The translations under genes were made by a program, and so were the position numbers. Below, piece by piece: positions 8,385-18,388 of a stretch of DNA of 34,157 nucleotides. The notes below the pieces were generated by a model. That model worked only from the letters and a program-made list of their open reading frames with translations. It made no database searches and was not told where the DNA came from. Source of the stretch: Candidatus Omnitrophota bacterium (lineage in GTDB: Bacteria > Omnitrophota > Gorgyraeia > Zapsychrales > JAHFFX01); contig JAHFFX010000003.1 of the NCBI GenBank assembly GCA_023247755.1, positions 1 through 34,157 of the forward strand. Reading direction: 5' to 3'. Position 1 is the stretch's first letter. Each line of letters opens with the position of its first letter.

Positions 8385-9479
8385 CTAAAAATCTAATTTT
8401 GAAGGGACCACGAGGCGGCGACGGACCCGGGCCGGCATGTTGAGCGTCTGCCCCGTCCCCAACACGACCGCTGTGAGAGGATCATCGGCAACATGCACGG
8501 GAAGGCCGGTCTCTTCGGCCAAACGCCGGTCGAGACCGCGCAAGAGCGATCCTCCACCCGCCATCACGATGCCACGATCGATGAGATCGGAAGCCAATTC
8601 CGGCGGGGTGTGTTCCAAAGTCGTTTTTGCGGCGTCCACGATGGCCTGGACCGGTTCGCTCAACGCTTCCCGCACCTCGACCGAGGTGATGGTCACCGTT
8701 TTCGGCAGACCGGAGATCAGGTCGCGCCCGCGCACGTCCATGCTAAGTTCTTCTTCCAGCGGATAGGCGGAGCCGATACGGATCTTGATCTCTTCGGCGG
8801 TGCGCTCCCCGATCAGGAGATTGTACGTCTTGCGTAAATATTCCATGATGGCCGAATCCATTTCATCGCCCGCGATGCGGATGGATTTCGCGTAAACCAG
8901 GTCGCCCAGGGAGATCACGGCAAAATCCGTGGTGCCTCCGCCGATGTCGATGATCATGTTGCCGGCCGCTTCTTCGACCGGCAGGCCCACACCCACGGCT
9001 GCCGCCTTCGGCTGCTCGATGAGGTCCACCGAGCGTGCCCCGGCGCGTTCCGCCGAGTCCCGCACCGCTCTTTTTTCCACTTCGGTGATGCCGGAAGGAA
9101 TCCCGATCACCATCGCGGGACGGACCAGCACTTTGCGGTTATGGACCTTCTTGATGAAATAACGCAACATCGCTTCGGTGATCTCAAAATCGGAAATGAC
9201 GCCGTCCTTCATCGGGCGGATGGCGACGATATTCCCGGGAGTGCGGCCCAGCATCTTCTTGGCCTCTTCTCCGACCGCAATGACCTGATTGGTATCTTTG
9301 TGGATCGCCACAACGGAAGGTTCGCACAAGACGACGCCCTCTCCCTTGATATAGACCAAGGTCGTGGCGGTGCCCAGGTCGATCCCCATATCATTGGAAA
9401 AAAGACCGAGCACGTAATTGACAAATCTTTTCGAAAGCTTATTTATCCTAGGGAAGGAATACGATGTTCTTTTAAGCAA
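8385..9479 (-). CDS. mreB: Actin-like rod shape protein MreB
   Basis: [26 protein letters not shown] motifs. The ORF-track start (9632) overlaps aroA; TTG at 9479, 5 nt after GGAGAG, is the more likely start. Confidence 0.95.
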   Translation of the reverse strand: MLKRTSYSFPRINKLSKRFVNYVLGLFSNDMGIDLGTATTLVYIKGEGVVLCEPSVVAIHKDTNQVIAVGEEAKKMLGRTPGNIVAIRPMKDGVISDFEITEAMLRYFIKKVHNRKVLVRPAMVIGIPSGITEVEKRAVRDSAERAGARSVDLIEQPKAAAVGVGLPVEEAAGNMIIDIGGGTTDFAVISLGDLVYAKSIRIAGDEMDSAIMEYLRKTYNLLIGERTAEEIKIRIGSAYPLEEELSMDVRGRDLISGLPKTVTITSVEVREALSEPVQAIVDAAKTTLEHTPPELASDLIDRGIVMAGGGSLLRGLDRRLAEETGLPVHVADDPLTAVVLGTGQTLNMPARVRRRLVVPSKLDF

Positions 9480-9522
9480 GGGATCTCTCCAAAGTTTCTT
9501 GGGGGGTAAACGAATGGTGCTT

Positions 9523-9551
9523 ATACTATATGAAAAGCAAGGGGCTGTCAA
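9523..9551 (-). promoter_or_regulatory. Sigma70-type promoter of the mre operon
   Basis: TTGACA (9551-9546, overlapping the aroA stop)-N17-TAGTAT (9528-9523). Confidence 0.6.
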
Positions 9552-10846
9552 ACAATTTTTGGCAGGCGGAGGTGCCGCGGAACAAGCTTTTTTAGATCGA
9601 GGACAAAACCGGGATAGGACTTCCTCGTGCATTCAATATCTTTAACTATAGCACCGAGTTTTAACCCAAGAACAGAGAAGGCCATGGCCAGCCGGTGGTC
9701 ATGATGAGGATCAAAATAACAGTCATTTTTATAGCTTGATCCGGGGTCGATCGTAAGGGAGTCCTCCTTCGCTTTCAGCGAAGCCCCGATCTTCACAAGC
9801 TCTTTTTTCAGATCTTCTATCCGGTCCGACTCCTTGGCCCTGGCATGCCCAATATCAAGAAGCCTGGTCCTCCCTTTTGCAAAGAGAGCTAAAACCGCCA
9901 TGATCGGAACAAGATCCGGAGAATCCTTGAGAGAAAAATCCCCTCCCTTCAACTGGAATGGGCCGCGCATGCGGATGGCCCGGGAAGTCCTCTCCCACCG
10001 AACTCCCATACGCTTAAGGAAATGCAGGATCTGTCCATCCGCTTGCAGGAATCGATCATCAAAATGTCCGCGGAACGTGACATCCGAAGGGATCAGGGAC
10101 GCGGCCGCCATAAAGAACGCCGCTAATCCGTAATCGCTTGGGACCGAATAGCTTTTCAATCCGGCGAAATGTTGCCTACCGGGAATGAAATAGGCATTTC
10201 TGCCGTTGGGTCTGATCCCGATACCGGCCTTCTTGAGAATCTGCAAGGTCATGGTGATATATGATTCCGAAACGATCTTCTTCCCGCTGATCAACAGCTC
10301 GGTATCCTGATCAAGCCGGGGGCAGGCGATCAGCAGAGCGGAAATGAACTGGGAACTGAGCGAGCCGTCGATCTCCACCCCTCCCCCCTGTAATTTTCCC
10401 CCGTGAATGTGGATCGGGATGCTCCCGGCAGGACCGGTCCCGGAAAGCTTCACCCCCATACGACGCATCGCTTCGATCAGGAAATGATTCGGCCTTCCCT
10501 TAAGCGTGCCTTCCCCGGACACTACCACGCGCCCGCCGCTCATCGCCGCCAAAGGAAGAATGAGCCGTAACACCGTTCCGGATTCCTTGACATTGATCCG
10601 GCGAATCGGCCTGCTGATCAAAGGAGCGTCTATCCGGAACGAATTCTTTCCGTTCTTGGTTATTTTCGCACCCAAGCACCTGGCCGCGCTCATGGCGACC
10701 AGGGAATCATCACAATCCGAAGGATTTTTGATGATCGATCTCCCTCCGCAGGCGGCCACCAGGAACGCACGGATGGAATAGGACTTCGAGGCCGGCAGAT
10801 CGATCGTGCCCCGGAGCGTTGCGACAGGATTGATTCTTAGGTTCAT
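9548..10846 (-). CDS. aroA: 3-phosphoshikimate 1-carboxyvinyltransferase (EPSP synthase)
   Basis: [35 protein letters not shown] motifs. Confidence 0.95.
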   Translation of the reverse strand: MNLRINPVATLRGTIDLPASKSYSIRAFLVAACGGRSIIKNPSDCDDSLVAMSAARCLGAKITKNGKNSFRIDAPLISRPIRRINVKESGTVLRLILPLAAMSGGRVVVSGEGTLKGRPNHFLIEAMRRMGVKLSGTGPAGSIPIHIHGGKLQGGGVEIDGSLSSQFISALLIACPRLDQDTELLISGKKIVSESYITMTLQILKKAGIGIRPNGRNAYFIPGRQHFAGLKSYSVPSDYGLAAFFMAAASLIPSDVTFRGHFDDRFLQADGQILHFLKRMGVRWERTSRAIRMRGPFQLKGGDFSLKDSPDLVPIMAVLALFAKGRTRLLDIGHARAKESDRIEDLKKELVKIGASLKAKEDSLTIDPGSSYKNDCYFDPHHDHRLAMAFSVLGLKLGAIVKDIECTRKSYPGFVLDLKKLVPRHLRLPKIV

Positions 10847-11772
10847 TTCTTGACGACGATCTGATCGTTCTTGCGGACTTTTTGGCTGGAAAAAGGCGGG
10901 ATAAAATCGGCGGCGGCCATGTCGGGTTGAACTTTGGACACCTTAACGTCCCCAAGATAATCGCTGCCGCGATAGATGGACATCACGGTCCCAGTTTCGA
11001 TCCCATCCTGGTGCCCCAGATCAAAAATGATGAAATCGTTCTCCTTATCGATGCTCAGGATCCTTCCTTCCCGGCTGGCATCCTGGTTCACCACAATGGT
11101 TCCCAAGGGGATTTCGTCACTGATCCCGGCCCGGGGCTCATCCGCAGGAGAGTTGCTCTCAGCGGGAGGAGTCGAAGGCTTGACCGGCGGAGCAGTTTGC
11201 GGCTGGGGGGCGACATCCAGGTCTTTGAGGATCTGCTGGGTTGGCCCCAAGGTCGGAGCAGCCGGTTCCGGAGGTAAGGCCTGTTGCTGGTTCTTCATGT
11301 CTTCCAATGTCTTAAGTTTCTGCTCTAATTCCGTCTTTTGCTGCTTCTCGCTGTCCAGCGTGGCCTGGAGGTCGCTGACCGCCTTCTTGGCGTCCTCCAG
11401 CTTTGCGGAAAGCTCGGTTCGAAGCTCTTCCTTGGACTGGGATTCGCTTTCCAAAGCTTCCTTGAGCGAAGCATTCTCCTCCTTGATCTGGTCCCTGACC
11501 CCCTCCGCCAGTTCCAGGTCGGACTGCAGGTCGGAGAGTTTGGCCTCCGACTCCTTGAGCTTTTCTTCCAGTATGAACTTTTCTTTCTTGACCTCTTTGA
11601 TCTCGGCCTGAAGTTTTGCTTCCGTGGCCTTGCTCTGCTCGAGGTTCAATTCCGCCAACTTGCGGAGCTCACTTTCTTTCTGAAAAAAGAACATGGCGAT
11701 GACGGTCAAAGACAAAAGCAACACCGAGATCAGCACCAGAAAGATCGTTATTGTCTTACCGCGATTGCTCAT
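10843..11772 (-). CDS. Membrane-anchored coiled-coil protein with Pro-rich linker and a C-terminal FlgT-C-like beta domain (function unknown)
   Basis: N-terminal TM helix, long E/K/L heptad region, PPEPAAP...PPVKPSTPP linker, C-terminal IIFDLGHQDGIETGTVMSIYRG..LGDVKVSKV; ATGA overlap with aroA; AGGAG RBS. Confidence 0.75.
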   Translation of the reverse strand: MSNRGKTITIFLVLISVLLLSLTVIAMFFFQKESELRKLAELNLEQSKATEAKLQAEIKEVKKEKFILEEKLKESEAKLSDLQSDLELAEGVRDQIKEENASLKEALESESQSKEELRTELSAKLEDAKKAVSDLQATLDSEKQQKTELEQKLKTLEDMKNQQQALPPEPAAPTLGPTQQILKDLDVAPQPQTAPPVKPSTPPAESNSPADEPRAGISDEIPLGTIVVNQDASREGRILSIDKENDFIIFDLGHQDGIETGTVMSIYRGSDYLGDVKVSKVQPDMAAADFIPPFSSQKVRKNDQIVVKK

Positions 11773-11844
11773 AAAAGGATTCTCCTTTGAAAGGACATGC
11801 GGCTCCGAAGGGCTTGTAAGGAGGGCATCATAGAATTTGTTTTT

Positions 11845-11872
11845 ATTATAAGATATGCTGGACCCAAGTAAA
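11845..11872 (-). promoter_or_regulatory. Possible sigma70-type promoter for the hypothetical-aroA unit
   Basis: TTTACT-N16-TATAAT; adjacent AT-rich near-palindrome AAAGATT..AATCTTT at 11870-11890. Confidence 0.45.
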
Positions 11873-11960
11873 GATTAAATTTAAATCTTTTGATTAATGC
11901 CTTAACCGGGACAGCCTTCGTCTTCCGTTAAACGAGAGCCACTTTGATTCCGCCTTGAAA

Positions 11961-12863
11961 TTATTCTCGATTCAAGAATTCCCCTGGAGGGCGCACCGAG
12001 AATTCGATATAACGGGTGGTCCCGGGGTGGAAGAACCCGAGCGACTGGGCGTGCAAGGCGAGGCGCGGGAAGGAACTCTTCTTGCCGTACTTGTCGTCCC
12101 CGAGGATGGGGTGCCCCAGGTGGGCCATATGGACCCGCAGTTGATGGGTGCGACCGGTCTTCGGAAAGAGCGCCACCAGGGTCGAATCGTGAAAGCGCCG
12201 CAGCACCATGTAGAAGGTCTTGGCCTTCCGGGCATTCTCCTCGTAGATCACGGTCTTCTTGTCGAAATGCCGCGGATGCCGGCCGAGTGAAGCATCGATC
12301 AGCCCCTCATCGAACTGGACGATGCCTTCCACGAGCGCCAGGTATTTCTTGCGCACGATGCGTTTTTCGAACTGCCGGCTGATATTTGCGTGGGTGCGGT
12401 TGTTCTTGGCGATCACCATGAGTCCCGAGGTTTCCCGGTCCAGACGATGCACGATGCCGGGACGGAACGAGGTGTTGATGTCCGAAAGCTGATTTTTGCA
12501 ATGGTACAGAAGCGCATTGACGAGCGTGCCGGTATAGATCCCGCTGGCCGGATGCACCAGCATTCCGGCGGGCTTGTTGATGACCATGAGGTCTTCGTCC
12601 TCAAAAACGATGTCGAGCGGGATGTTCTCGGGCTCGATGTCTTCCCAGCCGATCTTCTCTTCAAACTCCTCGACAAAAATCTCATCATCGGCGGAGACTT
12701 TGAAATGGGCCTTGACCTTTTTATGATTGACGGTCACCTTGCCCGAGGAAATCAGCTCCTGGACAAAGTTACGGGAAGGAACGTTGGGGATGATCCGCGC
12801 GAGATAGACGTCCAGCCGCTGGCCGCTATGTTCGTCTTCGACTTTGAAGGTATAGTTTTGCAT
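11961..12863 (-). CDS. rluD: RluA-family 23S rRNA pseudouridine synthase (RluD-like)
   Basis: S4 domain (RLDVYL), INKPAGMLVHP, GIVHRLDRETSG, TGRTHQLRVH, LALHA; start ATG 12863 chosen. Confidence 0.9.
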   Translation of the reverse strand: MQNYTFKVEDEHSGQRLDVYLARIIPNVPSRNFVQELISSGKVTVNHKKVKAHFKVSADDEIFVEEFEEKIGWEDIEPENIPLDIVFEDEDLMVINKPAGMLVHPASGIYTGTLVNALLYHCKNQLSDINTSFRPGIVHRLDRETSGLMVIAKNNRTHANISRQFEKRIVRKKYLALVEGIVQFDEGLIDASLGRHPRHFDKKTVIYEENARKAKTFYMVLRRFHDSTLVALFPKTGRTHQLRVHMAHLGHPILGDDKYGKKSSFPRLALHAQSLGFFHPGTTRYIEFSVRPPGEFLNRE

Positions 12864-13560
12864 AAACGCCTGCCGCAAGGATCCCCAGACTGACCAGCTG
12901 AAAGATGCTTAACCCCAGAAAGATCTCCACGTGATCGGCGCGGAAGAATTCGTTGGCAAAACGCAAAAGGGCGGCCAGGACCAGATACGTGCAGAACACG
13001 TCACCGGCCGGATGCGGCCGGGTCGCGTAATTTCTCAGAAATAAGAACAGCAACAATAACCCAAAGGATTCATACAATTGTGTGGGATGGAGCCTTGCCT
13101 CGTGCACCGGGAAGTAGATCCCCCACGCCACCGGCTTACCATAACAACAACCGTTGAAGAAACAACCGATACGGCCGATAGCATGCCCGAGCGCGATATA
13201 GGGCGCCAGCAGGTCCATCACCGGCAGGGCCGGCATTTTCTTGCAGCGCAGAAAAAACCATCCGACAAGAAGGCCCCCCAAAAGCCCACCCTGGAAGGCC
13301 AGGCCGCCGTGGTGCAATTTGAACACCTCCAGCGGATCCCCGGCGAAGTGTTCCCAATCAAGGAAGATATAAAAGATCCGCGCTCCTACAATCCCCCCAA
13401 GCACGACCCAGAACATAAGGTCCAGGATGACATTGGGATCCAGCCCCCGCCGGCGGGCCTCCCGCGCCACGAGCGTGGAACAGACCAGCACCGCGACGGC
13501 GAGCATGAGGCCGTAGGAAAAGACCTTGAGCGGACCTATTTGGAAAAGTATGGGATGCAT
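12826..13560 (-). CDS. lgt: Prolipoprotein diacylglyceryl transferase
   Basis: MHPILF, SYGLM, GARIFY, GRIGCFFNGCCYG, HPTQLYE, RFANEFFR motifs. Confidence 0.93.
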   Translation of the reverse strand: MHPILFQIGPLKVFSYGLMLAVAVLVCSTLVAREARRRGLDPNVILDLMFWVVLGGIVGARIFYIFLDWEHFAGDPLEVFKLHHGGLAFQGGLLGGLLVGWFFLRCKKMPALPVMDLLAPYIALGHAIGRIGCFFNGCCYGKPVAWGIYFPVHEARLHPTQLYESFGLLLLFLFLRNYATRPHPAGDVFCTYLVLAALLRFANEFFRADHVEIFLGLSIFQLVSLGILAAGVYAKLYLQSRRRT

Positions 13561-14015
13561 TTGAGAAGAATGATGAAAGCACCCACCGTGATGGCGCTGT
13601 CGGCGACGTTGAAGACCGGCCAGACGCGCAGATCGATGAAGTCGATGACATAACCGTAGAAGATCCGGTCGATGAGATTGCCGATCGCCCCAGCGAGGAT
13701 CATGGAAAAAGCGACGACATAGACCGGACTAAGGGCCTTGTGATCGCGATAATAATAGATGTTGAAGATGAGCAATACGACCGCGATGATGGGGATGAAG
13801 ATGAAAACGACCCCCTTGTCCCGGAAAAGTCCGAAGGCGATCCCCGTATTGTGGACCAGGGTGAAATGAAAAACGTTGCGGATGACGGGGAGCGATTCCC
13901 CCAGCGACAACAGATCGGAGAAATAGATCTTGGAGAAACGGTCGGCGAAGATGATGAGGGAAACCGTTATCAGGGACAGAAAGATGTCGACCTGAGAACG
14001 GACCTGTTCGTTCAT
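13536..14015 (-). CDS. lspA: Lipoprotein signal peptidase II
   Basis: NTGIAFG, GAIGNLIDR, VIDF, WPVFNVADSAI; start ATG 14015 overlaps the upstream stop (ATGA). Confidence 0.95.
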   Translation of the reverse strand: MNEQVRSQVDIFLSLITVSLIIFADRFSKIYFSDLLSLGESLPVIRNVFHFTLVHNTGIAFGLFRDKGVVFIFIPIIAVVLLIFNIYYYRDHKALSPVYVVAFSMILAGAIGNLIDRIFYGYVIDFIDLRVWPVFNVADSAITVGAFIILLKCIPYFSK

Positions 14016-14398
14016 CTGCCCGCTTCGATTTTTTCCTGGCACTTCAAGCAGGTTTCCGTGTAAGGAATGGCTTTGAGCCTTATGGCGGGGATGGGTTTGT
14101 GACATTCCGTGCAGATACCGAAAGCTTTTTGCTCGATGCGTTTGAGGGCCATGTCCACTTTATGGAGCAACTCGCGATCGTTGGAGGCCAACCCGAGAGA
14201 AAATTCCCGGTCGTACATATCGCTCGCCACATCCGCCATATGCAGCGCGTGGCCCGAGACGTCCCCTTGAGTGTCCTTCTTGTCGGCGGAATTGTCCGAC
14301 GCCATCTGCCGGATGTCGTGGGCGACCTCTTCCTTAAGCTTCAGGAGCATTTTTTTATATTGATCGCTGGTTTTTTTGTCCATCTTCTTGTCAGGCAT
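14012..14398 (-). CDS. TraR/DksA C4-type zinc finger protein
   Basis: Coiled coil with HMADVASD, ALKRI..FGICTEC..IPAIRLKAIP...CLKC. Confidence 0.9.
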   Translation of the reverse strand: MPDKKMDKKTSDQYKKMLLKLKEEVAHDIRQMASDNSADKKDTQGDVSGHALHMADVASDMYDREFSLGLASNDRELLHKVDMALKRIEQKAFGICTECHKPIPAIRLKAIPYTETCLKCQEKIEAGR

Positions 14399-14461
14399 TC
14401 ACGATCTCCCGTCATTTTTCCACATTTCCTTTCCGGAAGGAAATGACGAGGCTCGCCTTGT

Positions 14462-17332
14462 TCATCTTACATAAGAGGCGGCCTTTATATTAACGATACA
14501 GCGGTCGCACAAAGCGGGGTGCTCTTGGTCCTTGCCGACGTAGGTGCTGTAATTCCAGCAGCGGCTGCATTTTTCGCCGGCGGCGGGGTGGACCTGGATC
14601 TCCAGCTGCGGGAAAGCTTCCCCAACAGGGCTGGAGACCGACTTGACTTCTTCTATATTGACCTGCGAAACGATAAAAAAGAACGGCAGAAATTTTTCGT
14701 GTTTGGAAAGCTCTTTGGCGTCGCGCGCCGAGGCGGTCCTAAACACCACCCGCGCCTCCAGTCCCCCGCCGATCTTTTCGGCACGCCGCAACTCGTCCAG
14801 GGCCTTCATCACGTACGGCCGCAGTTCGATGAGGTATTTCAACTCCGCGTGGCCGTCCATCGATTTCCAGGCATCCAGGGCCGGCAGCCATGGCAGAAGA
14901 TGTACGCTTTCAACAGCTTTCATGCTGGCGTCCTTGGCCATCGCCTGGAACACTTCTTCGGCGGTAAAGCTCAGGATCGGGGCGATCGCCCGCACCAGCC
15001 AATTCAAAATAAAGTAAAGAGCGGTCTGCGCACTGCGCCTTGCGGGTGAATTAGCCGCAGAAGTATACAGTCTGTCTTTTAAGATGTCAAGATAAATGGC
15101 GGACAGGTCGTCGTTGCAGAACGAATAAATGCTTTTGAAGGCCTTTTCGAAATCATACCGCTCGTAGCTCTTCCCCACCAGGTCGATCGTCCAGCCCAAA
15201 CGCTCCAGGGCCCAGCGGTCCAGCAGGTCCAGGCGCTCGAAAGGCAGCGCATGGCGCTCGGGATCAAAACCATCGAGGTTGCCCAATATATAGCGGAAGG
15301 TGTTGCGGATCTTGCGGTAGGCGTCCACCAGCCGGTCCAGGATCTCCTTGGAGATGCGGACATCTTCGTTGTAGCTGCTGGAGGCGACCCAAAGCCTGAG
15401 GATCTCCGCGCCGCTCTGATTGATGATGTCCTGCGGGGCGATGACGTTCCCAAGGGACTTCGACATCTTGCGGCCCGCGCCGTCGACGACAAATCCGTGC
15501 GTGAGCACGGCCCGGTACGGCGGAGCGCCCTCGATCGCCATCGACGGGATGATCGAAGACTGGAACCACCCGCGGTGCTGGTCAGAGCCTTCCAGATAAA
15601 GGTCCGCCGGCAGCGGCCGTTTCATATGGGACTTGAAGACCGCCTGGTGGCTGACGCCGGAATCGAACCACACATCAAGAATGTCGTGGGTCTTCTGGAA
15701 ATCGTTTTTGCCGCAGTCCTTGCATTTGAATCCCGGCGGCAGCAGATCCTTCAAATCCTTCTTAAACCAAACATCGCTCCCCTCTTTCCGGACGAGGTCG
15801 GCGTAATGTTCAATGACCTCCACAAACAATTTATGTTCCCCTTTACATCCGCCGCAGGAAAGCGCGGGGATCGGCACACCCCACAGCCGCTGGCGGGATA
15901 AACACCAGTCGGGACGGGTCGCCAGCATCCCCAGCATGCGCTCTTTGCCGGAAGCAGGGATCCAGGCGACCTCTTCGACGGACTTTTTGAGCTTTTCCCG
16001 TAATCCGTCTTTGTCCACCGCCAGGAACCATTGTTCCGTCGCGCGGAAGATGATCGGCTTCTTGCAGCGCCAACAATGCGGATAGGAATGGCTGATGTTC
16101 TCCTGAGCGAACAAAATTCCCCGGGAATTCAGATCCTCGATGATCTTTTCATTGGCTTTGAAAACATATTGACCGGCATAAGGCCCGGCCGCCTCGGTAT
16201 AAACGCCCTTATCGTTGACAGGCATGAGGACTTCGAGACCGTATTTCAATCCCGTCTTAAAATCATCCTGCCCGTGCCCGGGTGCGGTATGAACCAAACC
16301 TGTGCCGTCTTCTTTGGAGACATAATCTGCCATTACAACTCTGCAATTCTGCCTAAGATCAAAAGGATGTTTATAAGTCAACTTCGTTAAGAGATTACCG
16401 TCGACTTCTACGAGCGGCTTTTTGAATTCCGATATGCCCCCCTTGGCCAAAACACTTTGAGCTAATGAGCTTTCTAAAATTAGAATCTCCGAGCCCACAT
16501 CGAAGAAGCCATATGAGTAAGAAGCAATCAAAGCTGGGCGGTTGACATCTTGTTGTTCATAAAGCAAGGGATGAACCGCCACTGCGACATTCGCCAAAAG
16601 AGTCCATGGCGTCGTTGTCCAAATTAAAAGTGAAACGGGTTTGCCCAACGGTAACTCTTTAAAAACTTCAGGATTATTCACCCTGAACTTCACATACACC
16701 GATGGAGAGGTGTGGTTCTCGTATTCCACTTCCGCTTCCGCAAGTGCGGTCTCATCATTCGGGCACCAATTGACCGGCTTTAACCCGCGATAAATGTAAT
16801 CTTTCTTGCGCAGTTGTGCCAAAGATTTCAGGATCCAATGCTCGTAATCCGGCGCAAGCGTCAGATACGGGTTCTCCCAATCGCCGAGAACGCCCAGCCG
16901 CTTGAACTCTTCCCTTTGGATACCGACGAACTTCATCGCGTATTCGTGGGCCTTTTTTCGGAAATCAACGACGTCCACTTTGGATTTATCGGTCTTGAGG
17001 TCCTTGAACATCTGATGCTCGATGGGAAGGCCGTGGCAGTCCCACCCCGGGACGTACTCCGCATCGAGCCCTTGCATGGAACGGAACTTGACGATCATGT
17101 CCTTGAGAATTTTATTGAGGGCGTGGCCGATATGGATGTGGCCGTTGGCGTACGGCGGCCCGTCGTGCAGGATGAAGGCGGGTTTGCCTTTGGACTTGGC
17201 GCGGATCTTCTGGTACAGCTTGAGCTCCTCCCATTGCTTAAGGAGTTGCGGCTCGCGCTGCACCAGATTCGCTTTCATCGCGAAATCGGTCTTGGGGAGA
17301 TTGAGCGTATGTTGATACTTGTTGTCAGACAT
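14462..17332 (-). CDS. ileS: Isoleucyl-tRNA synthetase (type 1)
   Basis: [58 protein letters not shown]-terminal Zn finger CSRC..CDRC. Confidence 0.97.
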   Translation of the reverse strand: MSDNKYQHTLNLPKTDFAMKANLVQREPQLLKQWEELKLYQKIRAKSKGKPAFILHDGPPYANGHIHIGHALNKILKDMIVKFRSMQGLDAEYVPGWDCHGLPIEHQMFKDLKTDKSKVDVVDFRKKAHEYAMKFVGIQREEFKRLGVLGDWENPYLTLAPDYEHWILKSLAQLRKKDYIYRGLKPVNWCPNDETALAEAEVEYENHTSPSVYVKFRVNNPEVFKELPLGKPVSLLIWTTTPWTLLANVAVAVHPLLYEQQDVNRPALIASYSYGFFDVGSEILILESSLAQSVLAKGGISEFKKPLVEVDGNLLTKLTYKHPFDLRQNCRVVMADYVSKEDGTGLVHTAPGHGQDDFKTGLKYGLEVLMPVNDKGVYTEAAGPYAGQYVFKANEKIIEDLNSRGILFAQENISHSYPHCWRCKKPIIFRATEQWFLAVDKDGLREKLKKSVEEVAWIPASGKERMLGMLATRPDWCLSRQRLWGVPIPALSCGGCKGEHKLFVEVIEHYADLVRKEGSDVWFKKDLKDLLPPGFKCKDCGKNDFQKTHDILDVWFDSGVSHQAVFKSHMKRPLPADLYLEGSDQHRGWFQSSIIPSMAIEGAPPYRAVLTHGFVVDGAGRKMSKSLGNVIAPQDIINQSGAEILRLWVASSSYNEDVRISKEILDRLVDAYRKIRNTFRYILGNLDGFDPERHALPFERLDLLDRWALERLGWTIDLVGKSYERYDFEKAFKSIYSFCNDDLSAIYLDILKDRLYTSAANSPARRSAQTALYFILNWLVRAIAPILSFTAEEVFQAMAKDASMKAVESVHLLPWLPALDAWKSMDGHAELKYLIELRPYVMKALDELRRAEKIGGGLEARVVFRTASARDAKELSKHEKFLPFFFIVSQVNIEEVKSVSSPVGEAFPQLEIQVHPAAGEKCSRCWNYSTYVGKDQEHPALCDRCIVNIKAASYVR

Positions 17333-17344
17333 TTTATTCTTGGG

Positions 17345-17420
17345 GGACCCAGTTACCCAGCGACCCAGCGTCCCAGTAAATGCTTTTCCTGGGTTACTGG
17401 GTCTCTGGGGTCCTGGGACG
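17345..17420. repeat. Gene-less inverted octamer-array element (4x NNNCCCAG, 12-nt spacer, 4x CTGGGNNN) between mtnP and ileS
   Basis: GGACCCAG TTACCCAG CGACCCAG CGTCCCAG - TAAATGCTTTTC - CTGGGTTA CTGGGTCT CTGGGGTC CTGGGACG. Confidence 0.9.
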
Positions 17421-17430
17421 CCCTTCAGTT

Positions 17431-18291
17431 TTATTTCAAATACTTCCCAATGATCATCTGCAAATCCTTCTTCGCCTCTTCCGGCATGTGGTCCTTGGGG
17501 GTGATGATGGCGTACTTGAGCGCGTCGGCGGCGCTGAAGCCCGACAGCTGCCCGATGCGCGGGATGGCCTTCTTGAGGACTTGCCTGGAGTTCTCGACAT
17601 TCTTGTTGAGGTTGGCGATGATCATCTCAACGGTGACCGATTCGTGGGACGGATGCCAGCAGTCATAATCGGTGACGGCCGCGAGCGTGGCGTAGGAGAT
17701 CTCCGCTTCGCGCGCCAGCTTGGCCTCCACCATGTTGGTCATACCGATGATGTCCATTCCCCAGCTGCGGTAAAGGTTCGATTCGGCCTTCGTCGAGAAT
17801 TGCGGGCCCTCCATGTTGATGTACGTGCCCTTGGGATGGACCCGCACCCCCAATTCCCGGCAGCTGTCCACCAGGATCGCAGCGATCTCGGGACTCACCG
17901 GATCGGCAAGCGAAACGTGCGCCACGATGCCGTTGTCAAAAAAAGTGCTCGGCCGCGCCTGATGCGTGCGGTCGACGAACTGGTCCGGCACGACGAAATC
18001 CATGGGCGCAAGCTCATCTTTGAGACTGCCGCAGGCCGACACCGAAACGATCGCCTCCACGCCGAGCTTCTTCATGCCGAAGATGTTCGCCCGGAAATTG
18101 ATCTTGGAAGGGGAAATGGTGTGGTAGTGGCCGTGCCGGGGAAGGAAGACCACCTCGATGCCTTCCAGCGTTCCCAATTGGAACTTATCCGAGGTCAGTC
18201 CGAACGGGGTGCCGATGGCGACCGCATCCTGCTTTTCCAGACCTTCGATGTTGTAAAGACCGCTTCCGCCGATGATGCCGACCTTGGCCAT
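17431..18291 (-). CDS. mtnP: S-methyl-5'-thioadenosine phosphorylase (MTAP / PNP family 2)
   Basis: GIIGGSG, PRHG, SACGSL, EGPQFST, GMT, TDYDCW; true start ATG 18291 after GAGGAGG (the ORF-track extension reads through the repeat). Confidence 0.93.
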   Translation of the reverse strand: MAKVGIIGGSGLYNIEGLEKQDAVAIGTPFGLTSDKFQLGTLEGIEVVFLPRHGHYHTISPSKINFRANIFGMKKLGVEAIVSVSACGSLKDELAPMDFVVPDQFVDRTHQARPSTFFDNGIVAHVSLADPVSPEIAAILVDSCRELGVRVHPKGTYINMEGPQFSTKAESNLYRSWGMDIIGMTNMVEAKLAREAEISYATLAAVTDYDCWHPSHESVTVEMIIANLNKNVENSRQVLKKAIPRIGQLSGFSAADALKYAIITPKDHMPEEAKKDLQMIIGKYLK

Positions 18292-18314
18292 AGCTACCTC
18301 CTCAGATGAGAATG

Positions 18315-18388
18315 GGTGACCAGTGACCAGGTCATCCGTCACAAGTTACCGGAAAACCGCTGGTGACCGTTGACTGGTCACGGGTCAC
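18315..18388. repeat. Gene-less inverted heptamer-array element (unit GTGACCA / TGGTCAC); inverted empty copy of the element at 19195-19690
   Basis: GTGACCA GTGACCA G GTCATCC GTCACAA GT - spacer - TGGTGAC CGTTGAC TGGTCAC GGGTCAC; contains the proC stop codon. Confidence 0.9.

Noticed and set aside
9480-9632. N-terminal extension of MreB in the ORF track (likewise lspA 14016-14105, mtnP 18292-18342, large subunit 26202-26267, HD protein 32298-32363)
   Set aside because: These overlap neighbouring genes, promoters or repeats; better starts with an RBS or translational coupling lie downstream.
17333-17430. T-box riboswitch or intrinsic terminator upstream of ileS
   Set aside because: Only 98 nt, no T-box or specifier motifs, and the gap is filled by the octamer array.
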